This document shows positions 15,439 to 22,908 of a stretch of DNA of 22,908 nucleotides, piece by piece (within the stretch, counting starts at the first letter, position 1; each line of letters starts with the position of its first letter). The DNA comes from Myxococcota bacterium (lineage in GTDB: Bacteria; Myxococcota; JACRCW01): contig JBFMGU010000172.1 in NCBI GenBank assembly GCA_040752415.1, positions 1 to 22,908 on the forward strand, in the 5' to 3' direction. Position numbers and translations under genes: made by a program. A model generated the notes under the pieces. That model saw nothing but the letters and a program-made list of their open reading frames with translations, had not been told where the DNA came from and ran no database searches.

Positions 15439-18300
15439 ATGAAGGGTCTTCCAAGCGTCCGTCTGTTCCTGGTGTTGGGATTGATGGGGTCGGGGTTTTC
15501 CGCCTGCGCGGGCTGCCCGCTCACCGACACATCCGACGACGAGCACCCCGGCGTGCAGGACAGCACCTCGGGCGGCACCGGCGGGTCCAACGGGGGCTCC
15601 GGCAGCGGGAGCAACGGGGGCAGCGGCAGCAACGGCGGAAGCGGGAGCGGTAGCAACGGCGGCTCCGGCAGCGGTAGCAGCGGTTCCAATGGCGGCAGCA
15701 ACGGGGCATCCGGGAGCGGCTCGTCGGGCGGGAGCACGGGCTCGTCGGGAAGTGGCAGCGGGGGGAGTGGGAACAACGCCAGCTCGTCGGGCGGCGTGGC
15801 GGATGCCGGTGTCCCCGACGCGGGACCGCAGGCCACGGGCATCGTGGTGACGCCGGACCCGGGCCAGATGGACGTGGGCGCGGCGGGTGGGGACCTCACG
15901 CTCAGCGTCGAGACCGTGCTGGACAACGGCACGCGCCGCCCGGCGATTGCGCCGTTCTTCCGCTCGGAGAACCCGGAGATCGGCGTGATGAACGGCAGCG
16001 TGTTCCACGCCAACGGAGAGCGCAGCGGCGTGGCCGAGGTGCGCGTGCGCGCGGAGGGATTCGAGGAGCGCGTCAACATCACCGTGCGCGTGCGTGAGGT
16101 GCAGGTGAACCCCGGAGAGCCCGGCGGCATCGACGGAGCATTCAACGGTCCCGTGGGCGACCCGTCGCTGGCGCCGCAGATGGCGTATCCCGAGGACCAG
16201 GTGGTCATCCCGCTGAACCTGGCGCCCATCCTGTTCCAGTGGCGCAACCCCGGCGCGATGCACCACCTGCGTCTCGAGGGGGCCATGGGCTCGCTGGACC
16301 TCTACACCGCGAGCGACCGCGTGCAGCCCGGGGTGGACGCGTGGCGACGTCTGCTCCTGGCGCACGCCGGCTCGCAGCTCACCGTCACCCTCGAGAGCAC
16401 CAGCGGCCCGGGGGCGGAGCGCTACGTGGCCGCGCAACAGGTCATCAAGCTGGCGCGCGCCGACCTCACCGCCACCGTGTACTACTGGACGGTGAGCCTG
16501 GCTCCGGGCGAGGGCGGCATCGTCCGCGTCGACGCCAACAGCCTCCAGCCCACGCGCGTGGAGATCAACACCGCCGGCGGTGCCAACTGCGTGGGCTGTC
16601 ACGCGCTCAGCGCCGACGGACAGCGCATGGCCTTCACGTTCTACGGCGGCAGCCAGGCGGGCGGCGCCATCGACCCGGCCAACCCAGGCACCAATCTCGT
16701 CGGGCCCGACAACAACAAGCGCTGGAACTTCGCCGCGTTTAGTCCCGACCACAACCTGCTGCTCACCAACCTGGACCGCCAGCTCCACATGCGCGACGCG
16801 AACACCGGTGACCTCGTGGGACCGGTCAACCCGATCGCCACCGAGGCGGCGCACCCGGCGTGGTCACCGGCGGGAAACCAGATTGCGTATGCCTCCAACA
16901 TCACGCTGAACGGTGGCACCCCGTCGTGGGAGATCGACTTCAACGCGAGCAACCTGGTCATCCAGAACGTGGACACCGTGGGCGCGCCGGGCAGCGTCAT
17001 CAACACCGTCGACGGAGCTGGCCAGGCGCTCTACTACCCGAGCTTCTCTCCGGGCGGCTTGTGGCTGACGTACAACCGCGGCGTGTGGAGCCGGTCCGGC
17101 AGTGGCGCCACCGTCTATCCCGCCACCCTCGAGCTCATCAGCCCCACCTTCGGCGCCACGCCCACCACGCTGTCCCGCGCCAACCCCACCACCAGCGCGT
17201 ACATGCCCACGTTCAATCCCAAGGTGGAGGGCGGGTACATGTGGGTCGCGTTCTTCTCCCGTCGGGATTACGGCATCGTCACCGCGGGCACCACGCGGCG
17301 GCAGATCTGGGTGGCCGCCGTCGACGAGAATCCCACGCCGGGCGTGGACCCGAGCCATCCCGCGTTCTGGTTGCCCGGTCAGGACGTCAACACCGAGAAC
17401 ATGAGCAGCTACTTCGCGCCGCAGCCGTGCGTGGGCGCGGGTGGTTCGTGTGAGAGCGACCTGGGCTGTTGCGAGGGGAACCTGTGTCGACCCAACGGGC
17501 TGGGACAGAAGGTGTGCACTCCGCCGGAGCAGGCGTGCTCACTGCCCGGTGACGCTTGCGCCGACGACAGCCAGTGCTGCCCCGGCGCGGGTCCCTGCTT
17601 CGACCCCGGCAATGGCCTCAAGGAATGCACCCCGCCCGAGCTGCAGTGCAGCCACGAGGGGGAGCCCTGCCAGTTCGACGACGACTGCTGCATTGGCGCG
17701 GGGACCTGCTTTGGTGGAAGCGGCCAGTTCGTGTGCACGCGGCCGGAGAACCAGTGTCGGGTGCAAGGCCAGAGCTGCACGCAGGACGCCGACTGCTGCG
17801 CCGGCGCGGGACCCTGTTTTGACGACGGAACTGGCAACAAGACCTGCACCCCGCCGGCGAACCAGTGCAACGCTGCAGGCGAGCAGTGCCAGCAGGACAG
17901 TGATTGCTGTCCCAACGCCGGAACGTGTTTTGACGACGGGACGGGCATCAGGCGCTGCACGCCGCCGGAGAACCAGTGTCGTCAGAATGGCCAGAGCTGC
18001 ACGCAGGACAGCGACTGCTGCGTGGGCGCGGGCAGCTGCTTCCAGGATCCCGCGACGGGGAACCGGACGTGCCTGCGCCCGGACCAGCACTGCCGGATGC
18101 CGCTGGAGGAGTGCACCACGACGGCGGATTGCTGCGCCGGGACGGGTGCGGAGTGTCTCTTCAGCAGCGCCACGGAGACCAAGCAGTGCCTGACGCCTGA
18201 GAACCAGTGCCGCGCGGAGGGGCAGGGCTGCGCGGAGCACGATGATTGCTGCGCGCCGCTGGTGTGTCTCGACGACGTGTGCGGAGTGAACCCCGGTTGA
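15439..18300 (+). CDS. Large lipoprotein: Gly/Ser linker, Ig-like segment, TolB/WD40-like beta-propeller, and eight C-terminal Cys-rich repeats
   Basis: Signal peptide with FSAC. PD40-like motifs (AAFSPD, HPAWSPAGNQIAY, YYPSFSPGG). WVAFFSRRDYG and DPSHPAFWLPGQ motifs, then tandem 6-Cys units to the stop. Confidence 0.85.
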   Translation: MKGLPSVRLFLVLGLMGSGFSACAGCPLTDTSDDEHPGVQDSTSGGTGGSNGGSGSGSNGGSGSNGGSGSGSNGGSGSGSSGSNGGSNGASGSGSSGGSTGSSGSGSGGSGNNASSSGGVADAGVPDAGPQATGIVVTPDPGQMDVGAAGGDLTLSVETVLDNGTRRPAIAPFFRSENPEIGVMNGSVFHANGERSGVAEVRVRAEGFEERVNITVRVREVQVNPGEPGGIDGAFNGPVGDPSLAPQMAYPEDQVVIPLNLAPILFQWRNPGAMHHLRLEGAMGSLDLYTASDRVQPGVDAWRRLLLAHAGSQLTVTLESTSGPGAERYVAAQQVIKLARADLTATVYYWTVSLAPGEGGIVRVDANSLQPTRVEINTAGGANCVGCHALSADGQRMAFTFYGGSQAGGAIDPANPGTNLVGPDNNKRWNFAAFSPDHNLLLTNLDRQLHMRDANTGDLVGPVNPIATEAAHPAWSPAGNQIAYASNITLNGGTPSWEIDFNASNLVIQNVDTVGAPGSVINTVDGAGQALYYPSFSPGGLWLTYNRGVWSRSGSGATVYPATLELISPTFGATPTTLSRANPTTSAYMPTFNPKVEGGYMWVAFFSRRDYGIVTAGTTRRQIWVAAVDENPTPGVDPSHPAFWLPGQDVNTENMSSYFAPQPCVGAGGSCESDLGCCEGNLCRPNGLGQKVCTPPEQACSLPGDACADDSQCCPGAGPCFDPGNGLKECTPPELQCSHEGEPCQFDDDCCIGAGTCFGGSGQFVCTRPENQCRVQGQSCTQDADCCAGAGPCFDDGTGNKTCTPPANQCNAAGEQCQQDSDCCPNAGTCFDDGTGIRRCTPPENQCRQNGQSCTQDSDCCVGAGSCFQDPATGNRTCLRPDQHCRMPLEECTTTADCCAGTGAECLFSSATETKQCLTPENQCRAEGQGCAEHDDCCAPLVCLDDVCGVNPG
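15565..15795 (+). repeat. Low-complexity coding repeat (Gly/Ser/Asn linker, GSNGGSGS-like units)
   Basis: Translation TSGGTGGSNGGSGSGSNGGSGSNGGSGSGSNGG...; the codons are diversified between units. Confidence 0.85.
17428..18290 (+). repeat. Eight tandem ~37-aa Cys-rich coding repeats, C-x6-C-x5-CC-x(4-6)-C-x(4-10)-C
   Basis: For example CRVQGQSCTQDADCCAGAGPCFDDGTGNKTC and CRQNGQSCTQDSDCCVGAGSCFQDPATGNRTC, joined by TPPENQ-like linkers. Confidence 0.9.
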
Positions 18301-18316
18301 ACCGCCCAACGGGTCC

Positions 18317-20020
18317 TCACAACCGCTTCTCGATCAACGCGAGCGGTGCGCCGCCGAACGAGAGCAGCCAGTCGTGGAACTCCCGCAGGCTGCGCGTGTT
18401 GCGCTTGGCAAAGAACTTCTCCCGCAGCCCCAGGATCTGCAGCTTGCCCAGCGTGTAGCTCAAATAGCCCGGGTCATACGTCCCGCGGTTGGCCTGCTGC
18501 TGCGCGTTCCCCTCGTCGACAAAGCACTTCTCCTGGAAGAGCCGCTGCGCCTGGTCCACGCTGAGCCCATCCACGTGCAATCCCAACGTGGCCAGGAACC
18601 GGCAGTTGCGCAGCAACGCGTTGGACAGCTGACCCAACCGCAACCGGTCCTGCCCGCCGCCAAAGCCCGCGTCGAGCATCATCTGCTCGGTGTAGTGCGC
18701 CCAGCCCTCGGAGAACGCGTAGCTGCCGAACACCTTCTGCGCGCGGCTGGGCGCACGGTCCAGGTGCAGCGCCTGCACGAAGTGACCGGGATACACCTCG
18801 TGGATCGACGTCGCCAGCAGGTCCCCGTAGTAGGGCAGGTAGCCCAGCTGCTTCTCCGGCGGCCAGGAAGGGTCCGGCGGCGTGATGTAGTAGTAGCTCG
18901 TCTTCGCCTTCTCGAACGGACCGGCGGGATCCAGGAACGCGCTGTTGTAACGCATGAACGGCGGAGTCACCGCCACCGTGGCGCGGTCCGCGCTCGGGAT
19001 GGTGATGACGTCGTTCTCCTCGATGAACGCGCGCAGGTCATCCAGCTGCTTCTGCGCCACGTCGAGCAACTGCTCCTGCGGCACGCGCTCATTGGCCACC
19101 ATGGCCACCACCGACATCACGTCCTTGTCCGGCGCAATCCTCCGCGCCACCTCCTCGAACGCCGCACGGTTGCGCGTGAAGTCCTCCTCCGCCATCCGCC
19201 GCAGCGACGTCAAATCCGTCTTCAGCCCCTCGTTCACCTGCAGCATGCGCAACAGCAGCGTCTCCCCCAGCCGGAAGTCCTCGTTGGCCTTGGGGAGCGC
19301 CTGCTCAATCCACGCCATCACGCGGCGCACCTGCGCAATGGCCGCGCCGTGCGAGCGCTCAAACCGAGCCTTGAGGCCGGCATCCTGCTGCAGCGCCGGA
19401 CCGGACAGCTCCACCACGTCGCCGGAGAGGTATTCCAGCGTGCCCTCGGAGATGATCTTGGCCGTGATGAGGTGGCTGCGCGCCTGCACCAGGTCCAGGC
19501 TGTTGAGCACCGCGTCGGTGTTGGCCACCGCGGCGTCCAGGTGGCGGATCAGCGCCTCCACCCGCTCCTGCAGCGGGGCGTAGTCGCGCACCAGGTAGCT
19601 GCTGACGTCGAACTGGTCGCCGTAGAAGAGCACGCGGCGGTGCTCCAGTCGGTCCTGCAGCGCGAACACCGTCTGCTGGGCGTGCAGCTGCGTGAGCTCC
19701 AGGTCCAGCCGTTGCGGGTCGGGCAGGGTGGACCAGTCCACCTCGGTGAGGCGCTTGAGATGGGCCTGGGCCCGCGCCACGCGGGCGGAGACGGCGGCGG
19801 GGCCCACTGGCATGACCTTCCCGTCGTACTCGTGCAATCCCAGGCTGCGCGCGTAGGCGGGCGCTTCCTCCAACGTGTCGGTGAGATAGCCCTCCACCAG
19901 CGTGTTGGCGTCCGACGGGGACAGGGGCGGGAGCGTGCGCTGGTCGCGGGTCTTCTCCGTCGTCCGGCAGGCGAGCAGGGTCAGCACCAACAGCAGGCAG
20001 GTGGACAAGGGGCGCGGCAC
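18317..20020 (-). CDS. DUF885-family lipoprotein (putative zinc metallopeptidase)
   Basis: GTG at 20020 with RBS GAGGAG; lipobox LLAC; SLGLHEYDG; IHEVYPGHFVQ; FSEGWAHYTEQ; PGYLSYTLGKLQI; FHDWLLSFG. The ORF-track extension to 20947 is antisense to the next gene. Confidence 0.9.
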   Translation of the reverse strand: MPRPLSTCLLLVLTLLACRTTEKTRDQRTLPPLSPSDANTLVEGYLTDTLEEAPAYARSLGLHEYDGKVMPVGPAAVSARVARAQAHLKRLTEVDWSTLPDPQRLDLELTQLHAQQTVFALQDRLEHRRVLFYGDQFDVSSYLVRDYAPLQERVEALIRHLDAAVANTDAVLNSLDLVQARSHLITAKIISEGTLEYLSGDVVELSGPALQQDAGLKARFERSHGAAIAQVRRVMAWIEQALPKANEDFRLGETLLLRMLQVNEGLKTDLTSLRRMAEEDFTRNRAAFEEVARRIAPDKDVMSVVAMVANERVPQEQLLDVAQKQLDDLRAFIEENDVITIPSADRATVAVTPPFMRYNSAFLDPAGPFEKAKTSYYYITPPDPSWPPEKQLGYLPYYGDLLATSIHEVYPGHFVQALHLDRAPSRAQKVFGSYAFSEGWAHYTEQMMLDAGFGGGQDRLRLGQLSNALLRNCRFLATLGLHVDGLSVDQAQRLFQEKCFVDEGNAQQQANRGTYDPGYLSYTLGKLQILGLREKFFAKRNTRSLREFHDWLLSFGGAPLALIEKRL

Positions 20021-20122
20021 GGGCCCTCCTCGTGGTGACGGGGGTCGGCAGCGTTGCAGTCCGGGCCGGATTGCCGCAAGAGTGCACCTTCTGGAAGGGG
20101 CCTGCCCCTCGGGTGGAACGCC

Positions 20123-21352
20123 ATGCCGACCTACAACTTCGCCGACACCACCGTGAGCGCCGCGCTGAGCCACGCGGTCAACGGCATCCCCGACGATGAC
20201 TTGAAGTTCAAGGTCGACATCCTGGTGGCCAAGACGGCGCGTGGGCTGGCCGCGGCGCGCAGCATCAACTTCACCGACTACGAGAACCGCGAGCTCAGCG
20301 AGCACGACCTCACGCTGTGGAACGAGCTGGCGCCGCACATGGCCGCCATCTTCAAGGAGCTCAACTCCCTGGTGGACACCGCCCTGGACCTCTTCCAGAA
20401 GGAGGAGCCGGACGGCGACGCCGAGAAGCAGCTGGGCAAGGACTTTGACCAGGCCTTTGACCTCCTCACCGAGGGGGAAGCCCATCCCGTCACCGGCGAG
20501 GCCGCCAAGGAACGCACGCCGCTGCAGGTGGTCACGGACCTGGTGCACTCGTACGCGTGGGTGCTGAAGAAGGACATCCAGGGTGAGGCGCGCAAGCTGC
20601 GGGAGCCCTCCTTGATGCAGGCGCAGTGGAACCTGATGGGTGAGCTGGAGGAGTTCCGCGACCGCATCGTGGGCATCATGCACGCCATGGTGGCGGCGGT
20701 GCTGGGCGTGTTTGGCGAGGTGGAGGTGGAGGCGCTCTACCCGCAGGCCAATGAATGGGTGGAGATGGGCGTGGCGGTGCGGCGCAACATTGCCGACCTG
20801 GTCACCGAGGTGGAGAGCCACGTCAACGTGCTGAAGGGCCGTCCCAGCGACGACACCGTGCGCGCCATCCTCACCGAGGACGACGAGCGCACCGCGCGCC
20901 TCCTCAAGCTCCCCGCCATCAAGAGCCTGCACGTGGCGGACCGGCACCAGCTGCAGGAGTTCCGTCGGGAGGCGGCCAAGCTGCGCGCGTCACCCGAGCT
21001 GAACGTGATGAAGGCGCGGGAGGTCATGGACGGGTTTGGCACGTTCCTGGCCAGCGTGCAGACCGTGGAGCTGCGCGAGCGCCTCAAGGCCCACGACGTG
21101 GAAGTGGCCCAGGAGGCCAAGGGTGCACTGGAGCGCGCCGCCGCCGTCGTCGAGGAGAATCCCGCGCAGGCCATGTTGCTGCTGGCGCACGCGGGTCGTC
21201 GGGTGGCGCGGCTGTACGGCGTGAGCCCGGCGCTGGACGCGGCGGCGCGGCAGCTGCGTGACATGGCGGGCCAGGCGGTGAACGTGTCCACGCTGCGGAA
21301 CGTGATCACGGCGCTGGCCGGGGCGGTGGCGCCGATTGCCGCGCAGCAGTGA
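20123..21352 (+). CDS. Hypothetical cytoplasmic, predicted all-helical protein (409 aa)
   Basis: ATG 20123; strong GC3 bias; amphipathic helical sequence; no signal peptide, TM segment or recognised motif. Confidence 0.75.
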   Translation: MPTYNFADTTVSAALSHAVNGIPDDDLKFKVDILVAKTARGLAAARSINFTDYENRELSEHDLTLWNELAPHMAAIFKELNSLVDTALDLFQKEEPDGDAEKQLGKDFDQAFDLLTEGEAHPVTGEAAKERTPLQVVTDLVHSYAWVLKKDIQGEARKLREPSLMQAQWNLMGELEEFRDRIVGIMHAMVAAVLGVFGEVEVEALYPQANEWVEMGVAVRRNIADLVTEVESHVNVLKGRPSDDTVRAILTEDDERTARLLKLPAIKSLHVADRHQLQEFRREAAKLRASPELNVMKAREVMDGFGTFLASVQTVELRERLKAHDVEVAQEAKGALERAAAVVEENPAQAMLLLAHAGRRVARLYGVSPALDAAARQLRDMAGQAVNVSTLRNVITALAGAVAPIAAQQ

Positions 21353-21530
21353 TGGGGGTTGGTCCCAACGCATGAGCCCGTGTCGCGGTTCCCGTCGTGG
21401 AACGCAGACAGGAATGGTCCGCGCCACAGTCCGCGCAGCACCGTCCTTGCCCATGTGAACCCTCGCCGGTAGCGCCCGACGCCGCGACCTCTTGCTCGTC
21501 GCGGGCGCGGGCTTGAGCTGCGCGAAAGGG

Positions 21531-22535
21531 ATGATGATGCACACGACGAGAACATCGCTCCTGGGGGGTGGTCTGTTGGCTTTGTGTGTCGCGACTCCCG
21601 CGGTCGCCGCATGGGTGCACGCTCCGGTGCCCAGCGCGTACCGCAAGGACGCCAAAACGGCGCGGGATGCGTCGTGGAGCCCCGAGCTGGCGGCGCTGGG
21701 CAGACAGCTCTTCCACGAGAAGCGCCTCTCCCGCACCGGTGAGGTTTCCTGCGCCAGCTGCCACCGTCCCGAGCTGGCCTTCACCGACGGAAAGCCCGTG
21801 GCGGAAGGCGTGGAAGGACGACGGGGAATGCGCAACACGCCGTCGATTGTGAACCGTTCGCTCGGGACCACGCAGTTCTGGGACGGTCGCGCAAAGACGC
21901 TGGAGGAGCAGGCGCTGGGGCCCATCCAGAATCCGCTGGAGATGGACATGCCAGTTGACCGCGCCGTGGCGCTGCTGAACGACGACGACGATTACCGCGC
22001 GCAGTTCCAGGCGCTGACCGGCGCGCCTCCCACCGCGCAGAGCCTGGCCGCGGCGTTGGCGGCGTACGAGCGCAGCGTGTGGTCGGTGGAGAGCGCGTAT
22101 GACCGCTACGTGGCGGGAGACCGCTCGGCGATGAGCGCGTCCGCCCGTCGGGGAATGAAGCTCTTCAACGGGCGCGCACGCTGCAGTGAGTGCCACAGTG
22201 GGAGCAACTTCACCGACGAGAAATTCCACGTCCTCGGCGTGGGCACCGACCCGGGTCGCGGCGGAGTCACCGGGAAGGCGACGGACCAGGGCGCGTTCAA
22301 GACCCCGTCGTTGCGGGACCTGTCACGGACCGCGCCGTACATGCATGACGGGTCCATGGCTACCCTCGACGAGGTTGTGGAGTACTACGACCGCGGTGGC
22401 AACCCGCGCCCCAACCTCGACCACCGCATGACCCCGCTGCGCCTGAGCGAACAGGACGAGGAGGACCTGCTGGCATTCCTGCGCGCCCTGGATGGCAACG
22501 TGGTGGAGCTGGACCTGCCGTCGAGGGTCAATTGA
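21531..22535 (+). CDS. Di-heme cytochrome c peroxidase (bCcP/MauG family), exported
   Basis: Signal peptide; LGRQLFHEKRLS; heme motifs CASCH and CSECH; RNTPSIVN; QFWDGRA; FKTPSLRDLSRTAPYMHDGS. The start is one of three tandem ATGs (21531/21534/21537). Confidence 0.92.
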   Translation: MMMHTTRTSLLGGGLLALCVATPAVAAWVHAPVPSAYRKDAKTARDASWSPELAALGRQLFHEKRLSRTGEVSCASCHRPELAFTDGKPVAEGVEGRRGMRNTPSIVNRSLGTTQFWDGRAKTLEEQALGPIQNPLEMDMPVDRAVALLNDDDDYRAQFQALTGAPPTAQSLAAALAAYERSVWSVESAYDRYVAGDRSAMSASARRGMKLFNGRARCSECHSGSNFTDEKFHVLGVGTDPGRGGVTGKATDQGAFKTPSLRDLSRTAPYMHDGSMATLDEVVEYYDRGGNPRPNLDHRMTPLRLSEQDEEDLLAFLRALDGNVVELDLPSRVN

Positions 22536-22549
22536 AGGTCGAATGGCGC

Positions 22550-22624
22550 CAGAAGAAGGAAGTCAGAATGCAGAAGTCAGAAGGTGCTCGCCCGTCGTCG
22601 TCATGGACGGTCTTCTGACTTCTG
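22550..22624. repeat. Degenerate heptamer tandem repeat (CAGAAGT-like x5) with an inverted copy forming a hairpin
   Basis: CAGAAGA AGGAAGT CAGAATG CAGAAGT CAGAAGG (22550-22584). CAGAAGTCAGAAG (22571-22583) pairs perfectly with CTTCTGACTTCTG (22612-22624). Confidence 0.65.
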
Positions 22625-22699
22625 AAGGGCTGTCGGATAATCGGCAGGGAGGGAAGTGCCGAGCGCGTCACGAAGCGGGTGAGCGGAAGCAGCGGCGCC

Positions 22700-22908
22700 C
22701 TGGAGTGCGGTGCGAAGCGGATCAAGCGGTCGACGACGTGAAGCACCGCCCTGGATGGCGTCCACCATCCAAACAGGTCACGCCATGGGGAGCGTCGAGA
22801 GCACGAGGCACCCGGGGGACTGAACGACGTCCGCGCCGTCTGGACGGCCCGATCCAGGGCGGTGCTTCACGTCGTCGACCGCTTGATCCGCTTCGCACCG
22901 CACTCCAG
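22700..22908. repeat. Perfect inverted repeat of at least 57 bp with a 95-bp spacer (REPIN/MITE-like), truncated by the window end
   Basis: 22700-22756 is the exact reverse complement of 22852-22908. Each arm has an internal GCGGTGC/GCACCGC stem. Confidence 0.85.

Noticed and set aside
6334..16854. Long antisense ORFs (601, 786, 841, 583 and 694 aa) and similar ones elsewhere
   Set aside because: Arg/His/Ala-rich, motif-free shadows of well-supported genes on the opposite strand, as expected in high-GC DNA.
17428..18290. Periodic DNA repeats as a CRISPR array
   Set aside because: The repeats are in-frame, codon-degenerate protein repeats. There is no identical repeat/unique spacer pattern and no cas gene.
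20021..20947. N-terminal extension of the 876-aa minus-strand ORF
   Set aside because: It is an antisense shadow of the 20123-21352 gene. The real DUF885 start is GTG 20020, with an RBS and a lipoprotein signal.
21531..22535. The peroxidase as part of a mau or methanobactin cluster
   Set aside because: No mauAB, mbn or partner genes are nearby in the window. Only the family-level call is supported.

Overview
A very GC-rich, gene-dense bacterial segment, probably from a myxobacterium (Myxococcota); this is inferred from the Gly/Ser-linker, Cys-rich lipoproteins and the gene content. It holds about 17 probable protein-coding genes and no rRNA, tRNA, CRISPR array or transposase. Left to right: the 3' end of a hypothetical gene; a repeat-filled intergenic gap with a TA-flanked MITE-like element and a REP-like hairpin; and a minus-strand operon (633-aa protein, LysM-like protein, RluA-family synthase). 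The 633-aa protein ends in a type III secretion needle/filament-like signature and has translocon-like hydrophobic segments. It lies downstream of a sigma54-like promoter with two tandem palindromic activator sites. Next is a divergent plus-strand run: FG-GAP-like protein, orphan family-5 solute-binding protein, HAMP histidine kinase, DUF1460 amidase, pyroglutamyl peptidase and a frameshifted heparinase II/III-like lipoprotein. Then come TlpA, a Cys-cluster protein, a PaaI thioesterase, a TolB-like propeller lipoprotein with eight knottin-framework Cys repeats, a DUF885 lipoprotein, a helical hypothetical protein, a di-heme cytochrome c peroxidase, and a long inverted repeat cut by the window end. 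The best candidate for an undescribed system is the orphan T3SS filament/translocon-like gene with its LysM partner and enhancer-dependent promoter. All family calls come from motifs read by eye; no database searches were run.
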